Part shown: positions 51,343-60,913 of the stretch, in pieces
Numbering within the stretch: the first letter of the stretch is position 1
How the letters are laid out: every line of letters begins with the position of its first letter
Origin: Obrimoposthia wandeli
Lineage: Eukaryota
Length of the DNA: 64,000 bases
Direction: 5' to 3'
Assembly (NCBI GenBank): GCA_977020255.1
Contig: CDROCS010000506.1
Coordinates: forward strand, 558,001 to 622,000
The notes under the pieces: generated by a model
Database searches by the model: none
Seen by the model: only the letters and a program-made list of their open reading frames with translations
Told to the model about the DNA's origin: nothing
Position numbers and translations under genes: made by a program

Positions 51343-54003
51343 ATTGATGTGAATTTCATCATTAGCGGAAAGTTACGTAACCACCATCACTTGATGTCGC
51401 CGTATATGATCTAACGGGACGTTCTGCGTGATGGTCACCGTAACCTTCACGTCTTGGCCTTGCTGCTCGCCAGATAGCGATACAGTCACTGCCACATCCC
51501 CGTTTAAAGTACCAACAAGATTGCCATCACTATCGACGCTAAAGCTCAGCGCTTCTCCGCCCGAGGTTAGCTCAGCTTCCAGCTCTGCGATTAACGTAGC
51601 TTGCAAAGTAGGGTCGATAACAATTGAATCAGGAACAAGACGATCTTCACCCGCTTGGATCACAAACGAGCCAGATTGTGATGCAGGGTAAGTGGTATCA
51701 GTACCACCCACACCGTTACCATCAACATCTAAATCGCCTTCAGCCAGTGTTAGCACACCGTCATCGCCACCCGCCGCATTACTGCCATCCGTAAGGGTAA
51801 TAGCCAATGTGCCGTCAGTGCTATCGCCATCGTTATCGGTGGCTGTCACACCCAAATTAATATTGGTCAATTCGCTGTCACTTTGATCAACTGGACCAGT
51901 GACAATTACTTGGTATGAACCATCCGTCGCGATAGTGACTGTCATCACCGCATCGCCCGCGCTGTCAAGCACGGTTAATATATTATCAACAACCGTAAAC
52001 GTCGTCGCTGCGCCGTTACTAGTGACCCCTGTTAATCCAGGTTGCGCTACTTGGAAGACAATGCTGTCAATCGCGTCTGAACCTACATCTAATGGGATCT
52101 GACCTGAAATTGTATTGCCTTTCTCGGTTGACTCATTAATTGTCACACCAGAATCAGTACCAAACGAAGGATTTTCACCATCTGTTATCGTGATATCTAC
52201 ATTCGCTGGCGCATCTAAATTATCACCGTCGGTATCGGTCGCTTGCACTGGCACATTGATGTGAATGTTCTCACCGTCAAAAGTTACGTAACCACCATCA
52301 CTTGAACCGTTATGGTCTAACGGCACATTCTGCGTGATGCTTACCGTAACCTTCACGTCTTGACCTTGCTGCTCGCCAGATAAAGACACCGTCACCGCAA
52401 CAACACCGTTTGGTAAAGTACCAACAAGATTGCCATCACTATCGACGCTAAAGCTCAGCGCTTCTCCGCCCGAGGTTAGCTCAGCTTCCAGCTCTGCGAT
52501 TAACGTAGCTTGCAAAGTAGGGTCGATAACAATTGAATCAGGAACAAGGCTATCTTCGCCCGCTTTAATAACGAACGAACCTGATTGTGATGCAGGGTAA
52601 GTGGTATCAGTACCACCAACACCGTTACCATCAACATCTAAATCGCCTTCAGCCAGTGTTAGCACACCGTCATCGCCACCCGCCGCATTACTGCCATCCG
52701 TAAGGGTAATATCCAATGTGCCGTCAGTGCTATCGCCATCGTTATCGGTGGCTGTCACACCCAAATCAATATTGGTCAATTCGCTGTCACTTTGATCAAC
52801 TGGACCAGTGACAATTACTTGGTATGAACCATCCGTCGCGATAGTGACTGTCATCACCGCATCGCCCGCGCTGTCAAGCACGGTTAATATATTATCAACA
52901 ACCGTAAACGTCGTCGCTGCGCCGTTACTGGTGATCCCTGTTAATCCAGGTTGCGCTGTTTGGAAGACAATGCTGTCAATCGCGTCTGAGCCCACATTTA
53001 ATGGGATCTGACCTGAAATTGTATTGCCTTTCTCGGTTGACTCATTAATTGTCACACCAGAATCAGTACCAAACGAAGGATTTTCACCATCTGTTATCGT
53101 GATATCTACATTCGCTGGCGCATCTAAATTATCACCGTCGGTATCGGTCGCTTGCACTGGCACATTGATGTGAATTTCATCATTAGCGGACGTTATATAG
53201 CCACTGATGTCGCCAGTATTAGTATGATCTAACGGCACATTCTGCGTGATGGTCACCGTGACTTTCACATCTTGACCTTGCTGCTCGCCAGATAAAGACA
53301 CCGTCACCGCAACAACACCGCTTGGTAAAGTACCAACAAGATTGCCGTCACTATCGACGCTAAAGCTCAGCGCTTCTCCGCCCGAGGTTAGTTCAGCTTC
53401 CAGCTCTGCGATTAACGCAGCTTGCAAAGTAGGGTCGATAACAATTGAATCAGGAACAAGACGATCTTCACCCGCTTGGATCACAAACGAGCCAGATTGT
53501 GATGCAGGGTAAGTGGTATCAGTACCACCCACACCGTTACCATCAACATCTAAATCACCTTCAGCCAGTGTTAGCACACCGTCATCGCCACCCGCCGCAT
53601 TACTGCCATCCGTAAGGGTAATAGCCAATGTGCCGTCAGTGCTATCGCCATCGTTATCGGTGGCTGTCACACCCAAATTAATATTGGTCAATTCGCTGTC
53701 ACTTTGATCAACTGGACCAGTGACAATCACTTCGTATGAACCATCCGTCGCGATAGTGACTGTCATCACCGCATCGCCCGCGCTGTCGAGCACGGTTAAT
53801 ACATTATCAACAACCGTAAACGTCGTCGCTGCGCCGTTACTAGTGATCCCCGTTAATCCAGGTTGCGCTGCTTGGAAGACAATACTGTCAATCGCGTCTG
53901 AACCTACATCTAATGGGATCTGACCAGAAATCACGTCGCCTTTATCATCGGCTTCATTAATAGTCACCCCCAAATCACTACCGAAGGACGGATCAGCACC
54001 ATC
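42200..54003 (-). repeat. 13 near-identical tandem units of 903-912 bp (about 303 aa, two T1SS-143-like domains each)
   Basis: Equivalent positions recur at 42620, 43523, 44426, 45335, 46244, 47150, 48059, 48968, 49877, 50780, 51692, 52601 and 53513. Confidence 0.95.
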
Positions 54004-55008
54004 AGCAATTTCAATGTCAATACTAATAGGGTTATTTAGCTCATTATTACTAGCATCAGAACCTTGAATTGACACATTAATATTTATTTTATCATCAATA
54101 TTGGTGACTAAACCTGAGCTATTTGTACCATCACCATGATCAATAGGTTGGTGTAATGTCGTCGTGATATTCACAGTAACATCTGGGCCATTGCTACTGG
54201 TATCTAAATCAATAGTCAATATCAGTTCACCGTTAAGCGTTCCAATAATAGAATTTGTTACTGAATCAAAGACAAACTCAATAGACTCACCACCTGATGT
54301 GATATCACTATTAAGTTCGCTAAGTAAGCTATCAAGAGTAAGAGGGTCGAACGTAAATGAATCAGGATTGAGTGGCTGTGTTCCTGCTTCAACAGTGACA
54401 GATTGAGTGGTTACAATTGGATAAGTACTTGATTGAAAATCATCATTTAAATCACCTTCCACCAAAGAAATAGACGCTACATTGCCCCCTTCAGCAGTAA
54501 GGTTAGCGAGACTTTCATCTTCATTTCTCGTTTCTTGTTGAGCACTAACAGTATCAAACCCTGCTTGTGCAAGTATTTCATTGTTATCATAATCAATAAC
54601 AACAAACGAGCTATTTGATGAACCTAGCGCCTCATTACCTGCCGCTGTGTCTATCGTTTCTGTTGGATCATCACCAGCTAAAATTGCATCTTGAATTGCA
54701 GCTATATCATCCAATGAAAAGTTAGCATTACTTGCGCCCTCTGCACTAAACGATACGCTATCACTAAGCTCTGATATTTTTAGGCCATCTTCAGACATCA
54801 TGATACAGGTGGGGCAAGATTCATTCACAATAGTAGGAATGCCATTTTTCATCACAACAAATTTAGCGCCAGCATTTGCTACAAGCACTTCATCTGATTG
54901 CATCTGATAATCAGCTTCAATAGGGACAACCTTTTCCCCTGCTTTAATAATGAAGACATCCTTTGAAACCTGCATATCAACCACATTTATCGTATCGTTC
55001 TTAGCCAT
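51373..55008 (-). CDS. Giant LapA-like RTX adhesin, N-terminal 1211 aa (retention module plus first repeats), ending at an in-frame TAA
   Basis: DDIAAIQDAILAGDDPT...TAAG retention-module signature; same repeats and same frame as the downstream ORF. Confidence 0.88.
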   Translation of the reverse strand: MAKNDTINVVDMQVSKDVFIIKAGEKVVPIEADYQMQSDEVLVANAGAKFVVMKNGIPTIVNESCPTCIMMSEDGLKISELSDSVSFSAEGASNANFSLDDIAAIQDAILAGDDPTETIDTAAGNEALGSSNSSFVVIDYDNNEILAQAGFDTVSAQQETRNEDESLANLTAEGGNVASISLVEGDLNDDFQSSTYPIVTTQSVTVEAGTQPLNPDSFTFDPLTLDSLLSELNSDITSGGESIEFVFDSVTNSIIGTLNGELILTIDLDTSSNGPDVTVNITTTLHQPIDHGDGTNSSGLVTNIDDKININVSIQGSDASNNELNNPISIDIEIADGADPSFGSDLGVTINEADDKGDVISGQIPLDVGSDAIDSIVFQAAQPGLTGITSNGAATTFTVVDNVLTVLDSAGDAVMTVTIATDGSYEVIVTGPVDQSDSELTNINLGVTATDNDGDSTDGTLAITLTDGSNAAGGDDGVLTLAEGDLDVDGNGVGGTDTTYPASQSGSFVIQAGEDRLVPDSIVIDPTLQAALIAELEAELTSGGEALSFSVDSDGNLVGTLPSGVVAVTVSLSGEQQGQDVKVTVTITQNVPLDHTNTGDISGYITSANDEIHINVPVQATDTDGDNLDAPANVDITITDGENPSFGTDSGVTINESTEKGNTISGQIPLNVGSDAIDSIVFQTAQPGLTGITSNGAATTFTVVDNILTVLDSAGDAVMTVTIATDGSYQVIVTGPVDQSDSELTNIDLGVTATDNDGDSTDGTLDITLTDGSNAAGGDDGVLTLAEGDLDVDGNGVGGTDTTYPASQSGSFVIKAGEDSLVPDSIVIDPTLQATLIAELEAELTSGGEALSFSVDSDGNLVGTLPNGVVAVTVSLSGEQQGQDVKVTVSITQNVPLDHNGSSDGGYVTFDGENIHINVPVQATDTDGDNLDAPANVDITITDGENPSFGTDSGVTINESTEKGNTISGQIPLDVGSDAIDSIVFQVAQPGLTGVTSNGAATTFTVVDNILTVLDSAGDAVMTVTIATDGSYQVIVTGPVDQSDSELTNINLGVTATDNDGDSTDGTLAITLTDGSNAAGGDDGVLTLAEGDLDVDGNGVGGTDTTYPASQSGSFVIQAGEDRLVPDSIVIDPTLQATLIAELEAELTSGGEALSFSVDSDGNLVGTLNGDVAVTVSLSGEQQGQDVKVTVTITQNVPLDHIRRHQVMVVT

Positions 55009-55085
55009 AAAAATACCACTCCATAAACACTTAAACTATGTACAACCCATAGATAACTCAATTTTTGTTACCACATTATGGCTAT

Positions 55086-55200
55086 ATTGTTACTAGACTT
55101 CTAGTGTAGCTCTATTACATTGTTATTGTTGTTATTGCATTACATTGTTACTAGACTTCTAGTGTAGCTCTATTGCATTGTTATTGTTGTTATTGCATTA
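55086..55200. repeat. 58-bp direct tandem duplication in the adhesin/T1SS divergent intergenic region
   Basis: Copies start at 55086 and 55144 and differ at one position (TATTACATT vs TATTGCATT). Confidence 0.92.
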
Positions 55201-55565
55201 AAAGGTATACTTTCCAATAAAGAGACATTGACCATTATATGGTATAGCGATTACTGTTTTATATCGTTTAATGATATGTTACTAATTATGTTATCATATT
55301 ATCATATTGTCATTTAAAATAATCTGCTGAAAAGATACCAAGGCCAGAATACTCAATGATTTTGCTACCAATTGTGAAAAATCAACAGGCCCTGCAGAAG
55401 AAAAGTAAATTTACATACTTGTAACGCACAATGAATTCAAAAAGTTAAGAGTGAATATTAAAGTATTAAACTCACTCTATTTTTATAAGGAATATCTATT
55501 TTCAGATCTAGAATGTGGCTACGTGTTTACATTAGAAGTTCTTAGATTATAGCATTGGTAATTAT

Positions 55566-56960
55566 ATGGCTAAAAAAAATAAAGTACTTTCAACGACTCA
55601 ATTAGATTTTGTTGATGATAAATCAGCTGCATTATTATTAAACACCCCACACAGTGCAAGAATCATGCTTTGGGTAATGGTTCTATTTTTTATCGTAGCA
55701 ATTGCTTGGGCGTCTGTTGCAGAGCTCGATAAAGTAACAGTGGGTACGGGCAAAGTAATTCCATCATCCCAGCTACAAATCGTGCAAAACCTCGAAGGTG
55801 GTATAGTTAAAGAAGTGTTAATAAAAGAAGGGCAACATGTCGAACAAAATCAAAAACTGTTATTAATTGATGACACCCTCTTTCGTTCTGATTTTCGTGA
55901 AAGGACACAAGGCTTAGCAGGCTCTCAAGCTGACTCGATACGATTAAATGCTTTACTAGGCAGCGTCACTATTCACAAAAAGAATGCGAATACTAACTGG
56001 CGAAAAAGTGTTGATATTAAAGATAACATGCTTAAATTCGATACTGATTTTGCAGATAAGCATCAGAAATTAGTTCGACGTCAAAAAAATGAATACAACG
56101 ATAAAATTTCAAATATTCAAAACCAGTTATCGGGAATGGCACAACAGATCAGCCAAAAAGAACGCGAATTAATCGAAACTAAATCACGTATGAACAACCT
56201 TCGACGCAGCTATAACATCGCGAGTGAAGAATACAACATTACCAAACCACTTGCAGACGAAGGTGTTGTACCAAAAATTGAATTACTCAAACTGCAACGA
56301 CAATTAAACGATACCAATCGTGAATTAACCTCTGCAGAGCTTCAGATACCAGTAACACAAGCAACCATTCAAGAAGTCATTTTCAAATACATTAATATTG
56401 CATCTAATTTTCGCTCTGAAGCACAAGCGGAATTGAATGAAACGAGTGACCAACTCACCAGTTTATTAGAATCGCAGGTCGGTCTTGAAGATCGCGTAAA
56501 TCGAACTGTCGTTTTATCTCCTGTAAAAGGCACAATTCAAAAAATTTATGTTAATACGGTGGGCGGTGTTATTCAACCGGGTATGGACTTAGTTGAAATT
56601 GTTCCAACAGAAGATGCTTTAATGGTTGAGGCAAAAATTGCGCCTCAAGATATTGGTTTTTTACGCCCTGATTTACCTGTAATAATCAAATTTAGTGCTT
56701 ATGATTTTACAGTCTACGGTGGGCTGTCTGGTTACTTAGAAACAATCAGCGCCGACACAATTCAGGATGAAGAAGGAAATAGTTATTACCAAGTACGTAT
56801 AAGGACTGAAGATAACACTCTTAAAGGACCAGATGGTGAACCCTTACCTATCATCCCTGGTATGACAGCATCGGCAGACATCATAACAGGCAAACGTTCT
56901 GTTTTAGATTACCTGCTTAAACCCGTTCTTAAAGTTCGTCAAACGGCATTAAGAGAGTAA
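55566..56960 (+). CDS. lapC: T1SS membrane fusion protein (HlyD family, LapC-like)
   Basis: N-terminal TM, GKVIPSSQLQIVQNLEGGIV, SPVKG, PGM..VEIVP, PGMTASADIITGKRSVLDYLLKP. Confidence 0.9.
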   Translation: MAKKNKVLSTTQLDFVDDKSAALLLNTPHSARIMLWVMVLFFIVAIAWASVAELDKVTVGTGKVIPSSQLQIVQNLEGGIVKEVLIKEGQHVEQNQKLLLIDDTLFRSDFRERTQGLAGSQADSIRLNALLGSVTIHKKNANTNWRKSVDIKDNMLKFDTDFADKHQKLVRRQKNEYNDKISNIQNQLSGMAQQISQKERELIETKSRMNNLRRSYNIASEEYNITKPLADEGVVPKIELLKLQRQLNDTNRELTSAELQIPVTQATIQEVIFKYINIASNFRSEAQAELNETSDQLTSLLESQVGLEDRVNRTVVLSPVKGTIQKIYVNTVGGVIQPGMDLVEIVPTEDALMVEAKIAPQDIGFLRPDLPVIIKFSAYDFTVYGGLSGYLETISADTIQDEEGNSYYQVRIRTEDNTLKGPDGEPLPIIPGMTASADIITGKRSVLDYLLKPVLKVRQTALRE

Positions 56961-56965
56961 TTATA

Positions 56966-58279
56966 ATGATAATAAAAAACCGTATTAAAAAAATAGCACT
57001 ACTTATTAGCCTTCAATCCGTGGCTATACCAGTGATGGCGCAATCATTAGAGCAAGCGATAGCGCAAACATTAAGATCAAATCCTGAAATCAAAAGTACA
57101 TATAATGAATTTATGAGCCGTAACGAACTCATTAATGCTTCAACAGGTGACTATCTACCTTCTGTCGATCTAGAAGCCGGAATTGGTTATGAAGACTACG
57201 ATAATGAAACTGGCTCCAAAGGGGATTATGATCCTCGTAATGTAAAAATATCGTTTAAGCAATTATTATGGGATGGTTCGATTTCCTATAACGATATTCA
57301 GCGTAATAAAGCTGAAGCAGAAGCTCAACGTTACCAATTACTGTCTGATGCACAAGACATAGCATTAACAGCTACTGAAAGTTACCTCGATGTGTTACGC
57401 GCCCAAAACATATTAACTCTGTCTCAAACCAACTTTGCCGTTCACCAACGTATGTATTCTGATATAAAAAAACGAGCAGATGCTGGTATCGGATCTAGCG
57501 CTGATCTTGCCCAAATCGAAGGGCGTTTAGCGCGTTCTAATAGCAATTTAATCTCAGCACAAAATAACCTTATCGATAAAAACACGTCATTTTTCCATAC
57601 AATTGGCGCATTTCCTGAAGCATTAGAGAAACCAGAGGTCGATATCAATTTCCTCGCCAAATCACTCGATGATGCAATGGAAAAAGCACGAAATAATAAC
57701 CCTGTTACCTATGTTGCCTCTAATGATATCGAAGCTGCTCTACAACAATACGAACAAGCCAAAGGCACATTTTACCCATCATTTAGCATCGAAGCATCTC
57801 AAGAATGGGGAGACGAGCTCAATGGCTCACCAGGTTATACTGATGAGTTTTCAGCCATGTTAAAAATGCGTTATAACCTCTATAACGGCGGGTCTGATAA
57901 GGCAAAAAGTCGTCGCGCGGCATACCAAATAAATAAATCCAAAGATATTCGAGACAGTGCCTACCGTATGCTAGAAGAGGGTACGCGTTTAGCATGGAGT
58001 GCTATGGAACTAACATCCGAACAATCCAAATTTTTGCAACAACATGTAGATGCTTCAGCTAAAACCGTCGTCGCTTATGAAAAACAATTTAGGATTGGGA
58101 AGCGAACACTATTGGACTTATTGAATACAGAGAATGAACTATTTGAATCACGCAAAGCCTATTTAAATGCCCATTACAGCGGTATTTTGGCCAAATATCG
58201 AGTATTAAATGCAACAGGTTTATTGCTCGATTCCATGCGTGTCGATGTACCAAAGAGTTGGGCTAGCACTGTCAAATAG
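56966..58279 (+). CDS. lapE: T1SS outer membrane protein (TolC family, LapE/AggA-like)
   Basis: Signal peptide, QSLEQAIAQTL.SNPEI, QFRIGKRTLLDLLNTENELF. Confidence 0.9.
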   Translation: MIIKNRIKKIALLISLQSVAIPVMAQSLEQAIAQTLRSNPEIKSTYNEFMSRNELINASTGDYLPSVDLEAGIGYEDYDNETGSKGDYDPRNVKISFKQLLWDGSISYNDIQRNKAEAEAQRYQLLSDAQDIALTATESYLDVLRAQNILTLSQTNFAVHQRMYSDIKKRADAGIGSSADLAQIEGRLARSNSNLISAQNNLIDKNTSFFHTIGAFPEALEKPEVDINFLAKSLDDAMEKARNNNPVTYVASNDIEAALQQYEQAKGTFYPSFSIEASQEWGDELNGSPGYTDEFSAMLKMRYNLYNGGSDKAKSRRAAYQINKSKDIRDSAYRMLEEGTRLAWSAMELTSEQSKFLQQHVDASAKTVVAYEKQFRIGKRTLLDLLNTENELFESRKAYLNAHYSGILAKYRVLNATGLLLDSMRVDVPKSWASTVK

Positions 58280-58296
58280 AAAAGGGAATAATAATA

Positions 58297-58887
58297 ATGA
58301 AACGAACTTTAACTGGTTTATTAGCACTCAGCTTATTTGGCTGTTCTGTCACAGTGGAAGATCCACCTATTGCAGAGCAATCACAAGATCAACGAGACTT
58401 TGATAACGATGGTGTCATCAATATTCGAGATCTATGTGCTGAAACCCCTCATTCAGCCGTCGTAGATAACGATGGTTGCCCAACAAGCATAAAGCATAAC
58501 GAAGAAAATAATGTACGGGTTCTTTTTGCAAATGATTCAGCTGAAATACCTGAAACCTCCCTAGCAGAAATTCAACGCATGGCTGATTTTCTAGATGCCT
58601 ACCCAGAAACCTATATTGAATTAAAAGGTTATGCTAGCCCTGTTGGTAGAGCAGAATACAATATTGCTCTATCAAAACGACGAGCAACAAAAGTGCAGGA
58701 ACAGCTCATTGCCGAAGGTGTTGACCCTCAGAGAATAAAAGCAATCGGCTTCGGTGATATAGAACCCATAGAAGCAGAATCAAGAGACGCGACTAACACA
58801 CTAAGCCGTCGTGTTGTTGCCCGTGTTATCGGTTCAAAAGGGACCCTTGTTGAGGAATGGACTATTTTCACGTTCAGAGATCGTTGA
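58297..58887 (+). CDS. OmpA-family lipoprotein with an N-terminal Ca-binding (TSP3-like) loop
   Basis: Lipobox LFGC, DFDNDGVINIRDLC...DNDGCP, OmpA motifs YNIALSKRRA and LSRRV. Confidence 0.88.
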   Translation: MKRTLTGLLALSLFGCSVTVEDPPIAEQSQDQRDFDNDGVINIRDLCAETPHSAVVDNDGCPTSIKHNEENNVRVLFANDSAEIPETSLAEIQRMADFLDAYPETYIELKGYASPVGRAEYNIALSKRRATKVQEQLIAEGVDPQRIKAIGFGDIEPIEAESRDATNTLSRRVVARVIGSKGTLVEEWTIFTFRDR

Positions 58888-58969
58888 TTTTATCTCTAAT
58901 AATTGACTCTATATGAATGAATGAAATCAAAATAAATAAACCTAAAACTAACTTTGATGAGTGAGTATA

Positions 58970-60913
58970 ATGACACTTTATAGACAACTACTGATATGGA
59001 TACTGGTTGTATTTTTTGCTATTATCACCTCAGTATTTGCGATTCAATTCAACACTACACGTGATGTTATACGCGAACAGCAATCGACTGAAATTGATAA
59101 TACAATCAGAAATATAAATCTGGCATTAACCCCCTATTTACAAGTCAATGATACTGTATCAGCAAAGTCAATGTTCAACGCTAGCTTCGACGGCAACCGT
59201 TATAGCAAGGTACATCTCAGTATATTAGATTATAATGATGAGCTTGTTCTTAGCTATCCCACACAAGTAACAAATGTACCGAGTTGGTTTCAAAGTGTCA
59301 TCACTATCGATCCTATCATTCGAACTTCAGCCTTAACCAATGGTTTGATACCACTAGCAAACCTAACTGTAACCAGCAGTTCAATTTATGCTTACCAACA
59401 GCTTTGGCAAGCGAGTTTACAGCTTATATTCGGTTTTATTGTTACATTCTTATTAGGCTTATTATTACTCGCCTTTATTTTATCTAAAGTGCTTAAACCG
59501 CTAAAAGCGATTCAATACAGTGCTAGTAAAATGTCTGATAATCAATTTGGCCCTCCTTTAAAAATCCCCAACACTCGCGAATTAAGTGACGTGGTGATTG
59601 CATTGAACCATATGAGTGCACAACTCAAAGTTCATTTTGATCAACAAGCACAAGAAGCTGATAATTTACGTATTAGAGCATATCAAGATGCTGTATCGGG
59701 ACTCGCAAACCGTGGCTACTTAATGACACAAATTGAGGCGTGGTTAACATTACCTTCGACAGGCGGTATCGCCTTATTAAAAGTAGATTTAATTACAGAT
59801 GCCTATTCACAAGATGGGGATGAGGCTGGCGACCAGCTAGTACAAATATTATCATCTCGGATGAAAGAACTTATTAATGATGATTATACGCTCGCACGTA
59901 TTAACCAGTCCGAATTCATGTTGCTCGCGCCACGTATCACGGCGGAAGAACTAAAAACCATAGGCCGTTCATTACTGCTAATGACATCAGAACTGCAAAA
60001 CGACCCTCTTTATATTGCTCCAATTCCAGCAACCGTCGGTTTAGTCATGCGCAATCATGATGACACAATGATGACATTACTTGCACAAGCTGATAATGCG
60101 CTTATGCAAGCTAGACAGCAATTACAAGAACCTTTAACCTTATTTGATGTAAAAGAGCAAAGTCAGGCGACTAAAAAGATCACTAAAGGTAAGCAACAAT
60201 GGAAAGCATTAGTAGAGGAAGCTATTGCGAATAAATTGTTCAAATTCAACTTCCAAAGAGCCATTGACCATAACCAAAATACGCTTCATCAAGAAGTATT
60301 TGCTTATATTAAAAAAGATAACCAACTTTATTATGCCGCACAATTTTTAGGGGCAATAGAACAATCAAATACCAGTATGGATATGGATATGCACATCATC
60401 GATGAGCTATTTAATATGCTAAAAAATGATACCACTATCGATAATATTGCAATTAATATTACAAAAAAAAGTGTCAATGACACAGGTTTCATTCGTTGGT
60501 TAGCCAATAAAATGCAATCTAACCCACAATTGAAAGAGCGTATTATATTTGAGATTCCTGAAATTTGTTTTATCAAACATAGTAACAATGTAGGGTTATT
60601 ATGTGACATAATTCATCAAAATAACTTTGCTTTTGGTATCGATAATTTTGGACATAATTTCAGTTCGATTGGCTACCTAAATCAGTTTCGTCCAGCGTAT
60701 GTAAAACTGGATTTTGCATATACTCATCAACTTGAACATCAAGTCAAAGCTGATGTGCTTGCATCAATTACCCGAACAGCGAATAACCTATTAATTACTA
60801 CCATTGCGACTCGTGTTGAAGCAATTAGCCAACAAGAAAAATTGGCAAAGCTTATGGTAAGGGGTTTTCAAGGTTATGTGGTAGATAAAATAAATAGTGA
60901 ACAAAATATATGA
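58970..60913 (+). CDS. lapD: LapD-family c-di-GMP receptor (periplasmic, HAMP, degenerate GGDEF, degenerate EAL)
   Basis: MTLYRQL start, PSWF periplasmic motif, YAYQQLW before TM2, GGDEF replaced by NQSEF, EAL replaced by HQEVF; lies inside a T1SS operon. The ORF track starts at an upstream GTG at 58961. Confidence 0.85.
   Translation: MTLYRQLLIWILVVFFAIITSVFAIQFNTTRDVIREQQSTEIDNTIRNINLALTPYLQVNDTVSAKSMFNASFDGNRYSKVHLSILDYNDELVLSYPTQVTNVPSWFQSVITIDPIIRTSALTNGLIPLANLTVTSSSIYAYQQLWQASLQLIFGFIVTFLLGLLLLAFILSKVLKPLKAIQYSASKMSDNQFGPPLKIPNTRELSDVVIALNHMSAQLKVHFDQQAQEADNLRIRAYQDAVSGLANRGYLMTQIEAWLTLPSTGGIALLKVDLITDAYSQDGDEAGDQLVQILSSRMKELINDDYTLARINQSEFMLLAPRITAEELKTIGRSLLLMTSELQNDPLYIAPIPATVGLVMRNHDDTMMTLLAQADNALMQARQQLQEPLTLFDVKEQSQATKKITKGKQQWKALVEEAIANKLFKFNFQRAIDHNQNTLHQEVFAYIKKDNQLYYAAQFLGAIEQSNTSMDMDMHIIDELFNMLKNDTTIDNIAINITKKSVNDTGFIRWLANKMQSNPQLKERIIFEIPEICFIKHSNNVGLLCDIIHQNNFAFGIDNFGHNFSSIGYLNQFRPAYVKLDFAYTHQLEHQVKADVLASITRTANNLLITTIATRVEAISQQEKLAKLMVRGFQGYVVDKINSEQNI

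Noticed and set aside
42200-54003. Large repeat array as CRISPR or mobile element
   Set aside because: Units are contiguous ~909-bp coding repeats with no unique spacers, cas genes, transposase or terminal inverted repeats
30653-54406. Many plus-strand ORFs of 60-211 aa inside the adhesin, recurring every ~909 bp
   Set aside because: Antisense shadows of the repetitive, codon-biased adhesin frame; Ser/Val/Pro-rich, with no motifs or RBS
55009-55565. RfaH ops/JUMPstart element controlling the giant adhesin or T1SS operon (rfaH is in the window)
   Set aside because: No GGCGGTAG on either strand of the intergenic region; rfaH next to a POT transporter appears to be ordinary synteny
58888-58969. 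lapG pseudogene remnant between ompA and lapD
   Set aside because: About 80 bp of AT-rich sequence with no recognisable coding remnant
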